32,000 nt of DNA from Candidatus Saccharimonadota bacterium (GCA_963718585.1 OY970357.1:150001-182000); one strand, 5' to 3'; shown: positions 8,684 to 17,250, counted from the stretch's first letter. A program made the numbers and translations. The notes: generated by a model not told the origin, from the sequence alone.

Positions 8684-9333
8684 AAAAACTCCGTGCCGTG
8701 ATCTATGGTCCACAAGGATGCGGCAAGGGGACGCAGGGTCTTTTGCTTGCAGAGCGTTGTGATGTCGCTCTGGTCGGTGCCGGGGACCTATTTCGTGCGG
8801 AGATCGCGGAAGAGACCCAGCTCGGGAAGATCCTAAAAGATTATGTGGACGCCGGGACCTTGGCACCGGACGAGATCGTGAATGCGGTCATGGCAAGCCG
8901 GCTGAAAAAGATCGACACCGACCGCGGATTCCTCCTGGATGGATATCCGCGCAACGTCGAACAGGCGACCCAGCTCGATCGGTTGCTCAAGATCAATCTC
9001 GCCATCTGCATCAAGCTCTCCGATACGGAAGCGATCCGACGGCTTGAAGGACGGTTGCAGTGCGGCCGGTGCAAGACCGTATATCATGTGACCGACGCCC
9101 CACCAGCGAAGCCTGGGATCTGTTCCATCTGTGGCGGCAAGCTCAAACGACGCGATGATGACCGCGCGGATGCGATCGTCCGTCGGCTTGCGGCGTATCA
9201 TTTCATGACCGAACCGCTCGGGACCTATTATCGGCAGCGCGGGGTCCTGCTGACGGTGAACGGCGAGCAGCCGATCCCGTACGTATTCGAAGACCTCGTC
9301 AAAAAGATGGCGAAACTCGGTTTCGGTTGTTAA
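8674..9333 (+). CDS. adk: Adenylate kinase (Zn-finger lid)
   Basis: YGPQGCGKGTQ is the P-loop. The lid is CGRCKTVYH...CSICGGKLKRRDDD. The start is the ATG at 8674, and the track's upstream extension overlaps the protease gene. Confidence 0.93.
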   Translation: MAVKKLRAVIYGPQGCGKGTQGLLLAERCDVALVGAGDLFRAEIAEETQLGKILKDYVDAGTLAPDEIVNAVMASRLKKIDTDRGFLLDGYPRNVEQATQLDRLLKINLAICIKLSDTEAIRRLEGRLQCGRCKTVYHVTDAPPAKPGICSICGGKLKRRDDDRADAIVRRLAAYHFMTEPLGTYYRQRGVLLTVNGEQPIPYVFEDLVKKMAKLGFGC

Positions 9334-9345
9334 CCCCATTTCCTC

Positions 9346-10125
9346 ATGTCTCTCATCAAAAGCATTCAAGAGATCGATACGCTCCGTACAGGCGGTGCGA
9401 TCTTGTCGCGTGCGCTCAAAAACGCCGCACAGGCCTGCATCGCGGGTGCATCGACCGAAGAGGTCGATCGGATCGCGCGCGCGTCGATGGAGGCGGAAGG
9501 CGCGACGCCGTCCTTCCTCGGATATCGCATCATGCCCCAAGATCCGGCTTTCCCCTCCACGCTGTGCATTTCCATCAACGATGAGGTGGTCCATGGTCCG
9601 GCGACGCCATCGCGGATCATCCAAGACGGAGATATCGTCGGCCTCGACATCGGATGTTGGTACGACGGACTCGCGACAGACATGGCCATGACCGTGATCG
9701 TCGGCGACGTGCCGGAAAAGGTCCGGATGCTGGTCGCAGATACGCGGCAGTCGCTCGTCGAAGGACTGTCTGCCATCAAAGCGGGTGCAACGACTGCAGA
9801 TATCGGAGCGAAGATCGAAGATTTCTTAAAGCCGAAGAAATACGGGATCGTCCGCGATCTCGTAGGCCATGGGGTCGGTCATGCCGTGCACGAGGAGCCG
9901 CAAATTCCCAATTTTCGCGATCCGCGCGCACCGCGCATCGTGTTGCAGGAGGGGATGGTGCTTGCGATCGAGCCCATGGTGACGCTCGGTGGGTGGCAGG
10001 TGGTGATCAAAGATGATCAGTGGACCATCGCAACGCGCGATCATGCGCTCGCCGCGCACTGGGAGGTGACCATTGCCGTGACCAAGGATGGCTACGACCT
10101 CCTGACACCCTGGCCGGACGCCTGA
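9346..10125 (+). CDS. map: Methionine aminopeptidase type I
   Basis: VVHG...GDIVGLDIG...DMAMT...GHGVGHAVHEEPQIPNF...AIEPM...HWEVTIAVT gives the metal-ligand pattern of MetAP. Confidence 0.93.
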   Translation: MSLIKSIQEIDTLRTGGAILSRALKNAAQACIAGASTEEVDRIARASMEAEGATPSFLGYRIMPQDPAFPSTLCISINDEVVHGPATPSRIIQDGDIVGLDIGCWYDGLATDMAMTVIVGDVPEKVRMLVADTRQSLVEGLSAIKAGATTADIGAKIEDFLKPKKYGIVRDLVGHGVGHAVHEEPQIPNFRDPRAPRIVLQEGMVLAIEPMVTLGGWQVVIKDDQWTIATRDHALAAHWEVTIAVTKDGYDLLTPWPDA

Positions 10126-10131
10126 GGACAT

Positions 10132-10527
10132 ATGCGCGTGCTCGGCATCGACTACGGTTCCGCCCGCACCGGCCTCGCGCTCGGAGATACGGAGTCGCGC
10201 ATCGCGAGTCCATGGGGCGTGATCACCGAAGCGGATCGCTTGTCATTGATCGCGCGTATCCATGAGGTGGTCGCACGCGACCTCGTCGAAGCGATCGTGG
10301 TCGGCGTGCCCAAGCCGCTCAAAGATACAAAGCGAAAGAATGCACAGGTCCGAGAGATCGAGGCATTCATTGAGGACCTCAACGGCTTGGGATTGCCCAT
10401 TCACGAAGTGAACGAGGCATTGTCCTCCAGGCTCGCGGCGCGACAGATGGTCGAACGCGGCCAATCCGGAAAACGCGATGACCTTGCCGCGGCGAACATC
10501 CTGCAAACGTGGTTAGATCGGTCATAA
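10132..10527 (+). CDS. ruvX: Putative pre-16S rRNA nuclease / Holliday-junction resolvase-like YqgF
   Basis: MRVLGIDYGSARTGLALGD N-terminus, ~130 aa, and C-terminal DDLAAANILQTWLD match the YqgF family. Confidence 0.85.
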   Translation: MRVLGIDYGSARTGLALGDTESRIASPWGVITEADRLSLIARIHEVVARDLVEAIVVGVPKPLKDTKRKNAQVREIEAFIEDLNGLGLPIHEVNEALSSRLAARQMVERGQSGKRDDLAAANILQTWLDRS

Positions 10528-11195
10528 TGCCCTACCTTCGTGACACCGTCATCGTCCTCAAGAAAGAGCCGTTCCGCGAGCAGGATCGGCGGTATGTGAT
10601 GTACGGCCGTGAACACGGTCTCTTGAGTGCGGTCGCGCGTGGATCATCGGTGCGCACCTCCAAGCAAGCTGGGCATCTCGAGCCATTCTCGATCTCGGAG
10701 GTGATGATCGCCAAGGGCGCGGCGTTCGACAAGCTTGCGGTCGCGCGGTTGACGCGGGCTTTTACGGGAGACACGGTCGCCGCCTTCGCCATCTGTGGCG
10801 CGGCGGCGGACTTGGCCGTTCGGCTCCTCCGTCCAGGGATCGCGGATGATCGTTTGTTCGATCTGGTTTCAGACTTGCTCCGTATGGCTGAAGCCTTGCC
10901 ATCCGAGCCATCGCCGGAGCGTGCTCAACTCCTTCTCGCGGCTGCGACCCTTAAATTCCTCGATCTGCTCGGCTATGCGCCACGGATCGAGCCGGCCCTT
11001 GCGGACACGACACCGGTCCCGGCCCTGGCCGTTGTGTCTTTTCTTCGAGGTGCGGCCTTCGTGGATATTCTTCGTCTGACCGGGACCACGGATGTCTTCG
11101 AGGCGGCGTGTGGTTTCGTGGCTGAAGCCCTCGAAGCTGCGCCGTTGCCGCAGGCGCCCCATGGACCGCGGAGTCTCGCTGCCGTCCTGGGATGA
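10527..11195 (+). CDS. recO: DNA repair protein RecO
   Basis: The N-terminal OB-like VIVLKKEPFREQDRRYVMYGREHGLLSAVARGS...LEPFS and the size fit RecO. Its ATG overlaps the ruvX stop (TAATG). Confidence 0.8.
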   Translation: MPYLRDTVIVLKKEPFREQDRRYVMYGREHGLLSAVARGSSVRTSKQAGHLEPFSISEVMIAKGAAFDKLAVARLTRAFTGDTVAAFAICGAAADLAVRLLRPGIADDRLFDLVSDLLRMAEALPSEPSPERAQLLLAAATLKFLDLLGYAPRIEPALADTTPVPALAVVSFLRGAAFVDILRLTGTTDVFEAACGFVAEALEAAPLPQAPHGPRSLAAVLG

Positions 11196-11196
11196 A

Positions 11197-11225
11197 TTGA
11201 CGAAGTTCCGATATTTTGCTAACAA
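11197..11225 (+). promoter_or_regulatory. Candidate promoter TTGACG-N17-TAACAA
   Basis: The hexamers and 17-nt spacer were read directly in the AT-richer recO/orphan-gene spacer. The -10 is weak because it lacks the final T. Confidence 0.3.
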
Positions 11226-11272
11226 GACCTCTTGTCCTTTTGTAATTTGGAACACCAACCCACGAGGCGTTG

Positions 11273-12061
11273 ATGCAACGGAAGAAGCGGTTTCTCAAGA
11301 CGAGTCATCAGTCGGCTCCATCGCAGAACATCCGGACGAGGAAAAAGCAGAAGACCGGATCTGCGGTCTCTCGTGCGGATCAGCGGAAAAAGGAGAATCA
11401 GGAAGAGCAGAGGGTTCTGCAGCAGATCGCGAAGCTCACCCCGCTCAAGACACCGCGGGACGGGATCGTCCGTTCTGTCTCCTCGGAGATGGCCAAGCGG
11501 CCGCCGGCCTGTTCGGAGATCGCGAACTTCAAGTCCGTGATCCGGACATATTGCCAGCAATGGCTCGGGTATACGAGTAAGCATGCGGTCCAGACCTATC
11601 TCTACCTCCAGCTCAATCGGATGTTGGAGGAGAAGAAGATCCAGGCGCGTGAGGAGGCGATCAAGGCGATCCGCGAGAACGCGGCGCCGTCGCTAAAATT
11701 GCTCCTGCGGCACCAGCTCAAGATCCTCCTGAGGCCCGTCGAACGCGAGGACCTCAAGCGGATGGCGAACGTGGCATTCTACGAGATCAAGCTGGAGATC
11801 CTGGCGCTCGCGCGCGCAGGTCGGAAGTGCAAGGACGAATCCAACCATCGTCCGGAGTACGAATCCCGTCTCGTCGAGATCGGCGATCGTGGATCGCGTA
11901 CCTGCATCGTCATCCTCAAGATGCGGAACGGCGGGGAGACGTTCAAGGTCGTCGGTCTGGCGACCGAGGCCGAGTTCAAGCGTCGCCGGCGCCGCGGACC
12001 GCTCCGCAGGCAGTCGCTCGGGTTCGTGAATCGGCCGCCCCTTCCGTCGCGAAACATGTGA
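11273..12061 (+). CDS. Hypothetical protein, 262 aa, very basic disordered N-terminus, no family recognised
   Basis: It is the longest ORF in the region. This frame has a strong G/C third-position bias like neighbouring genes, and a terminator follows. A GAGG lies 7-10 nt upstream of the ATG. Confidence 0.6.
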   Translation: MQRKKRFLKTSHQSAPSQNIRTRKKQKTGSAVSRADQRKKENQEEQRVLQQIAKLTPLKTPRDGIVRSVSSEMAKRPPACSEIANFKSVIRTYCQQWLGYTSKHAVQTYLYLQLNRMLEEKKIQAREEAIKAIRENAAPSLKLLLRHQLKILLRPVEREDLKRMANVAFYEIKLEILALARAGRKCKDESNHRPEYESRLVEIGDRGSRTCIVILKMRNGGETFKVVGLATEAEFKRRRRRGPLRRQSLGFVNRPPLPSRNM

Positions 12062-12065
12062 CCTC

Positions 12066-12101
12066 ACCCCCTCCTTGCGCCTTGCGCGGGGAGGGGTTTT
12101 T
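12066..12101 (+). terminator. Rho-independent terminator
   Basis: CCCCTCC ... GGAGGGG stem followed by TTTTT (12097-12101). Confidence 0.6.
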
Positions 12102-12215
12102 CTATGGGCGATACTTGCGTTGCTCCAGTGCGTCGCATCTCATCCCGGGCCGCGATCCTCGTGTTGGACCATTCCATTTTAATGAGCTTTCTGCTACGTT
12201 TCGAACTCAACATAT

Positions 12216-13508
12216 ATGGATATCTTGATCTCAAAATGCTCCGAGCATGTCGGAGGGACGGTGACGGTGAAAGGATGGGCGTATAACGTCCGGTCGTCTG
12301 GATCGATCGCCTTCCTCCAGTTGCGCGACGGATCCGGATTCATGCAAGCGGTCGTGGCCAAGCAGTCCGTGGACGACGCGTCGTGGAATGCGGCGAGCAC
12401 GTGTACGGTCGAATCGTCCGTGGTCGTGACCGGGGCGGTCTCCAAACATCCGAAGAAAGAGGATGTGTATGAATTACAGGCGACGACGGTCGAGGTCATC
12501 CAGCGTGCGGAAGAATATCCCATCGGGAAGAAAGAGCATGGGCCGGATTTCCTGCTCGACAACCGGCATCTGTGGCTTCGTGCGCCGTCGCAATGGGCGA
12601 TCCAGCGGGTCCGCAATGAGATCATCCTCGCGACGTACGATTGGATGCATGCGCATGATTTCATCAAGATCGATTCGCCGATCTTCACGCCGAATGCATG
12701 CGAGGGGACGACGGATCTCTTTGAAGTCGATTACTTCGAGGATCGAAAGGCCTATCTCACACAATCGGGGCAGTTGTATTTAGAGGCGGCGATCGCGTCC
12801 GTCGGACGCTGCTTTGACTTCGGTCCCGTGTTCCGCGCGGAAAAGTCCAAGACGCGTCGGCATCTGACGGAGTTTTGGATGATGGATGCCGAAGCCGCAT
12901 TCACGGATCATGCGGGAAACATGGAGATCCAGGAACAGCTCGTCTCCTTCATCGTTGCGCGGATCCTCGAACGGTGTCGGGCCGAATTGAAGATCCTCGA
13001 ACGCGACACCGCACCGCTTGAAAAGGTCCAAGCGCCTTTTGAACGGATCACGCATGCGGACGCGATCCGGATCTTACGCGAAAAGGGGAGTGATATCGGA
13101 GACATGGATGATCTTGGCGCGGATGATGAGACCGTACTGACACAGATGTATGAGAAGCCGATCTTCATCGAGAAGTACCCGGCGGCTGTGAAGGCGTTCT
13201 ATATGAAGCGTGATCCGTCCGATCCGACGCGTGTGTTGAATTCCGATCTTCTGGCGCCGGAAGGGTACGGTGAGATCAGTGGCGGCTCTCAGCGTGAAGA
13301 TTCGTATGACGAACTCCTTGCCCGGATCCGGGAGCATCACCTGCCGGAAGAGGCGTTCGGGTGGTACCTCGATCTGCGCAAGTATGGTTCGGTCCCGCAT
13401 TCCGGTTTTGGCTATGGACTTGAGCGGATCGTGGCGTGGATCTGTGGCCTGCATCACGTTCGGGAGACCATTCCATTCCCACGTCTTCTGAACCGGCTGG
13501 AGCCATAG
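12216..13508 (+). CDS. asnS: Asparaginyl-tRNA synthetase (class IIb)
   Basis: It is 430 aa with an N-terminal OB fold (VKGWAYNVRSSGSIAFLQLRDGSG), motif 2 FRAEKSKTRRHLTEFWMMDAE, and C-terminal GFGYGLERIVAWICG...IPFPR. An archaeal-type AspRS is the less likely alternative. Confidence 0.82.
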   Translation: MDILISKCSEHVGGTVTVKGWAYNVRSSGSIAFLQLRDGSGFMQAVVAKQSVDDASWNAASTCTVESSVVVTGAVSKHPKKEDVYELQATTVEVIQRAEEYPIGKKEHGPDFLLDNRHLWLRAPSQWAIQRVRNEIILATYDWMHAHDFIKIDSPIFTPNACEGTTDLFEVDYFEDRKAYLTQSGQLYLEAAIASVGRCFDFGPVFRAEKSKTRRHLTEFWMMDAEAAFTDHAGNMEIQEQLVSFIVARILERCRAELKILERDTAPLEKVQAPFERITHADAIRILREKGSDIGDMDDLGADDETVLTQMYEKPIFIEKYPAAVKAFYMKRDPSDPTRVLNSDLLAPEGYGEISGGSQREDSYDELLARIREHHLPEEAFGWYLDLRKYGSVPHSGFGYGLERIVAWICGLHHVRETIPFPRLLNRLEP

Positions 13509-13524
13509 CCGTTCCCGGCCGGCT

Positions 13525-13553
13525 TTCGCGTCTGAAACCGCGCGTGATATCCT
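13525..13553 (+). promoter_or_regulatory. Candidate extended -10 promoter (TTCGCG-N17-TGaTATCCT), 6 nt before the ATG
   Basis: TGATATCCT at 13545-13553 was read directly. The -35 is poor. Only 6 nt separate the -10 from the start codon at 13560. Confidence 0.35.
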
Positions 13554-13559
13554 AAGCCC

Positions 13560-14636
13560 ATGCCAAAACGGCGTGGGGGTTCCACTACCGCGGGCGGCCC
13601 GAACAAGCCGCTCGCGTTGTTCGCGACCTTCCTCGTCGTCGTCGGGATCGTGGCAGTCGCCCTCGTCTCAAGCATGAAGACAGGGTCTCCGGGATCGACG
13701 ACATCGGTTTTGAGCGCCTCAAGTACGGTCGCCATGACATCGAGCACCGCAGCAATCGCGCTGGTCAATGACAGTGCGGTGACACTTTTGCATTTCGATG
13801 GTACGAGCGAGCGGTTGAAGCCACAGCAATTCACACAGGCCTACGGCGCCGGTCCGTTGCCGGTCGAAGGAGTCCAAGTCGCGAACGGATCAGAAGCCTA
13901 TTTTCACGCCCCCGGCGAAACGGTGGGAGGTATCCCATCGCCAAACGGTCAGTATCTTGCGCACCTCGAGAGCGCGAAATCCGACGGCGCCGGGGTGATC
14001 CAAGTGTCCAAGGACGGAGAAACGCCCCAGAGTGTCGTTTTGCGGAGCGGTCGGACCGCGCTTACCGATCCTTTTGTCCAAGGGTGGTTCGATGATGACA
14101 TGATGATCGTGACCGCGCATGCGACCTCGACGCGATGGGTCTATGCCGTCAGCCGGACCGGGACCATCGAGCCCATTGTGACGTTACCGGACAATGTGAC
14201 CTTCCTCGCCGGTCGGGGAGGGATGTTGTGGTATGCGACGGCAACGCTAGGCGAAGGACTCGAGTCGCCACCGACCGGACCATCGGAGATCCATCGGGTC
14301 ACCCTGCGGCCTGCGCAGGACGTGCGGGTCGCCGATGACGCGACGCATGCGATCAACATGGTCGTGCCAGGGACCGACGGGTGGTTCGCCTATACGACGG
14401 ATGATGGCCGATCCTATGTCGAACGTGTCGATGGTTCGGGAGCAATGCAGGGGGAGCGGATCTCTCTTGGATCGGAACGTCCGTTACTGTTCCTTTCGGC
14501 GGATCGTCTCGTCCTTCGTGACAATTTTTCACTGGTCTTGAAGGACCTTCGGACCGGACAAGTCACGACGCTCGGTGCGCTTCCGGAAGGGCAGGTCGAC
14601 GCGTTCTACCTCGACGCGTCGTCGTCGACACCGTAA
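13560..14636 (+). CDS. Hypothetical membrane-anchored protein (N-terminal TM, extracytoplasmic domain, possibly beta-propeller-like)
   Basis: A basic N-terminus is followed by LALFATFLVVVGIVAVALV (TM) and then a Ser/Thr-rich linker. SPNGQYLAH resembles a TolB/PD40-type repeat. The family assignment is not secure. Confidence 0.65.
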   Translation: MPKRRGGSTTAGGPNKPLALFATFLVVVGIVAVALVSSMKTGSPGSTTSVLSASSTVAMTSSTAAIALVNDSAVTLLHFDGTSERLKPQQFTQAYGAGPLPVEGVQVANGSEAYFHAPGETVGGIPSPNGQYLAHLESAKSDGAGVIQVSKDGETPQSVVLRSGRTALTDPFVQGWFDDDMMIVTAHATSTRWVYAVSRTGTIEPIVTLPDNVTFLAGRGGMLWYATATLGEGLESPPTGPSEIHRVTLRPAQDVRVADDATHAINMVVPGTDGWFAYTTDDGRSYVERVDGSGAMQGERISLGSERPLLFLSADRLVLRDNFSLVLKDLRTGQVTTLGALPEGQVDAFYLDASSSTP

Positions 14637-14646
14637 ACTGTCGCGT

Positions 14647-15378
14647 ATGCCACGACCTTCCTCAACGCGCTCATTGGCCGCTCTCGCATGGATCGGTGCC
14701 GCTGCCGTGATCATCTTGTATGTTCTCGTCCAGTCGCAGAACGTCCAAGGACCGGCGACGTCGTCCTCACCGACGACGGCCACACAGACCGCCGCGGGAC
14801 AGCTCCCCCCCGGAGAACCGCTCGGAGAACTTAACAGTCACTGCGGCGGGCCTTTGCGACTCCCATGTCGTCCAGGGTTGGTCTGTTCGGTCGATACATC
14901 GCAGACTTCTGATCTTGGGACCTGTGAAAAACCAGCGAACGGCGGAGCGGATCTCCCACGCCAGCTTAGCGAAGCATGTGGACGTGATCTTCCGTATTGC
15001 GCCGCGGGCCTGTTTTGCCAAGAGAGCGGGTCGGCCACGGGATCCTGCGCCATGGTCGGAGATGCGACCGTGCGGATCTTGTCATTGAAACCTCAGGGGA
15101 TGCAGTTCAGCAATGGGTGGTATGCGGCATCGCCGGGCACGATGGTCCGCGTCGAGGCGCAGGCCGTCAATGCGAAGCAAATGGACTTCAAACTCGTCCC
15201 GAAAGGCACATCCGTGCAAGCGGCCAAGGCGCTGACGCAGGTCGATGCCAAGAACGGCGGTGTCTATGACGTCTCCTTCTCGCTTGAGAATGGGGCGCAG
15301 GCGGATCTGTATGCCATCGCCACGGATGCGGCTGGGGAGACGGCGGCGTTGAGCGTCCAGGTCACGACCCAGCAATGA
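14647..15378 (+). CDS. Hypothetical membrane-anchored/secreted protein with two 4-Cys mini-modules and a C-terminal beta-rich domain
   Basis: The start is the ATG at 14647, and the upstream track extension overlaps the previous gene. It has a TM segment LAALAWIGAAAVIILYVLV. Twin motifs follow the pattern CG..L..C..GL.C....G(T/S)C. Confidence 0.65.
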   Translation: MPRPSSTRSLAALAWIGAAAVIILYVLVQSQNVQGPATSSSPTTATQTAAGQLPPGEPLGELNSHCGGPLRLPCRPGLVCSVDTSQTSDLGTCEKPANGGADLPRQLSEACGRDLPYCAAGLFCQESGSATGSCAMVGDATVRILSLKPQGMQFSNGWYAASPGTMVRVEAQAVNAKQMDFKLVPKGTSVQAAKALTQVDAKNGGVYDVSFSLENGAQADLYAIATDAAGETAALSVQVTTQQ

Positions 15379-15429
15379 CCCTTTACGGGAGTGTGGGGGC
15401 GCGGTAACCTCGCTCCGAACCGTTTTTCT

Positions 15430-16824
15430 ATGCATCGAATGATGAATCGCGAGACTGTCGAACAGGTCGGCCAGACGGTCCGGGTCTGTGGGTGGGTCAA
15501 TACGCGTCGGGACATGGGAAAGATCGTTTTCCTGGACCTCCGTGACCGATCCGGTTTGTTACAAGTCGTTCTCGTGCCCGACGAACTGACCGAAAGCGCG
15601 CGTACGTTGATGGACGGGATCCGGACCGAATACTGTTTGGAGATCACCGGCGTGGTCCAACAACGTGGGGCCAAGCAGGTGAATCCGAATCTCGAGACCG
15701 GGAGCGTTGAACTGCTTGCAAAGGATGTCGTGATCCTCAATCCGTCCAAGACGCCGCCATTCGAATTGGAGGATACGTCCGGTATCAACGAGGAGTTGCG
15801 TTTGAAATACCGCTATCTTGATCTGCGCAGCAGACGGATGCTGCGGAACCTCGTGCTCCGCGATGCGGTGGCATCATTCTTCCGTAACTATCTGCACGCG
15901 CAGGGTTTCCTCGAGGTGGATACGCCGATGCTCACAAAGGGGACGCCGGAAGGCGCACGCGAGTTCATCGTTCCCTCGCGGCAACATGAAGGGAAGTTCT
16001 ACGTTCTGCCGCAGTCGCCGCAACAATTCAAACAGCTTCTGATGGTCGGCGGCGTGGAAAAATATTTCCAGATCGCACGGTGCTTCCGCGACGAGGATCA
16101 ACGCGGCGACCGCCAGCCCGAGTTCACACAGCTCGACCTGGAGATGTCATTCGTTGAAGAAGAGGATGTCTTGCAGCTGGTCGAGGATATGATGATCAAG
16201 CTGGTGCAGGCTGTCACGCCGCAGAAACGCATCCAGCAGGTCCCGTTCCCGCGGATCACGTACAAGGAGGCCATGGACACCTATGGGACAGATCGACCCG
16301 ATCTTCGCGAGGATACGAATGATCCCGATCTTCTCGCGTTTTGCTGGGTCGTGGACTTCCCGTTCTTTGAGCGGACCGATGAGGGAGGGTGGACGTTCAG
16401 CCACAATCCGTTCTCCGCGCCAAAGCCGGAACATATGGAATGGTTGATGAAGAAAGAAAACCTCGGGGAGATCCTGACGACGCAGTACGACATCGTCCTC
16501 AATGGCTACGAGGTCGGCGGGGGGAGTATCCGGAACCATACGCCGGAATCCCTACGGACGGTCCTCGAGATCCTGGGCATGACGGACGAGGAGATCGATG
16601 AACAGTTCGGCCATATGTTGGAGGCTTTTGCGTTCGGTGCACCGCCGCACGGTGGGATCGCCCCAGGTCTCGACCGGATCGTGATGATCTTGGCGAACGA
16701 ACCGAACATCCGCGAAGTGATCCCGGTCCCCAAGACCGGAGACGCGCGCGACCTCATGATGGGTGCGCCGTCGCCTTTGCCGACCAAGCGGCTCGATGAG
16801 GTCCACATCAAGACGAAGAAATAG
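15430..16824 (+). CDS. aspS: Aspartyl-tRNA synthetase, bacterial type but lacking the GAD insertion domain (464 aa)
   Basis: Evidence is the OB fold, motif 2 FRDEDQRGDRQPEFTQLDLEMSF, and GGGSIRNH...GAPPHGGIAPGLDRIVMIL. DRPDLR is followed after ~12 aa by WVVDFPFFE, the point where E. coli AspRS carries about 130 aa. Confidence 0.9.
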   Translation: MHRMMNRETVEQVGQTVRVCGWVNTRRDMGKIVFLDLRDRSGLLQVVLVPDELTESARTLMDGIRTEYCLEITGVVQQRGAKQVNPNLETGSVELLAKDVVILNPSKTPPFELEDTSGINEELRLKYRYLDLRSRRMLRNLVLRDAVASFFRNYLHAQGFLEVDTPMLTKGTPEGAREFIVPSRQHEGKFYVLPQSPQQFKQLLMVGGVEKYFQIARCFRDEDQRGDRQPEFTQLDLEMSFVEEEDVLQLVEDMMIKLVQAVTPQKRIQQVPFPRITYKEAMDTYGTDRPDLREDTNDPDLLAFCWVVDFPFFERTDEGGWTFSHNPFSAPKPEHMEWLMKKENLGEILTTQYDIVLNGYEVGGGSIRNHTPESLRTVLEILGMTDEEIDEQFGHMLEAFAFGAPPHGGIAPGLDRIVMILANEPNIREVIPVPKTGDARDLMMGAPSPLPTKRLDEVHIKTKK

Positions 16825-16865
16825 AAAAAAACCCGTCGTTCGCCAAATGGCGGTGACGGGTTTTT
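16825..16865. terminator. Bidirectional rho-independent terminator shared by aspS (+) and the 16874-17230 gene (-)
   Basis: AAAAAAACCCGTC...GACGGGTTTTT has an A-run on one side and a T-run on the other. It sits between convergent stops. Confidence 0.8.
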
Positions 16866-16873
16866 GATAGGCG

Positions 16874-17230
16874 TTACATCTTCGCCAGTGCGAATGCGCG
16901 ATGAAGGATCTCGCGCAGTGCGCGAAGGAGCTGATCGTCGAGAATATGGTCACGACTGATACGAAAGGTCTTTTGGACCAGACCGCCGCCGATGAGGTCC
17001 TCGACGATGTGCCATTCCCCGTCTGTCGGACGGTTCGGGTAGCCGATAATGGCCACGCAGAGAGGCGGGTACCATGATGCGCGTGCAAAGTAACACGTCT
17101 CGGTATGGCTGGAGAGAGGCGTTGTGACGTCCGTCAGATGGCACAGGGCCGATTCGACCGGGTGGATGGATGTCCCCAGGTCTTCCAGGGTTCGGATCCG
17201 TTGGTGTGAGAACAGGGCGTGAAGGTACAT
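16874..17230 (-). CDS. Hypothetical protein, 118 aa, no family recognised
   Basis: It has G/C third-position bias in this frame. It is convergent with aspS, shares the terminator, and lies divergent from scpA. Confidence 0.55.
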   Translation of the reverse strand: MYLHALFSHQRIRTLEDLGTSIHPVESALCHLTDVTTPLSSHTETCYFARASWYPPLCVAIIGYPNRPTDGEWHIVEDLIGGGLVQKTFRISRDHILDDQLLRALREILHRAFALAKM

Positions 17231-17250
17231 GGCGGCACGCTAGAACGGGC

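Noticed and set aside
11092-11580. Alternative-frame ORFs around the orphan gene (11092-11580 +, 11827-12228 +, 11219-11584 -, 11693-12067 -)
   Set aside because: The frame starting at 11273 is longest, spans the whole interval between the promoter-like spacer and the terminator, and has the G/C third-position bias of real genes here. The others overlap recO or the terminator.
12102-12215. Possible T-box leader or other riboswitch upstream of asnS (and the 15379-15429 spacer before aspS)
   Set aside because: The spacers are too short (114 and 51 nt). They lack the conserved T-box sequence, a specifier-loop architecture, and a terminator/antiterminator pair.
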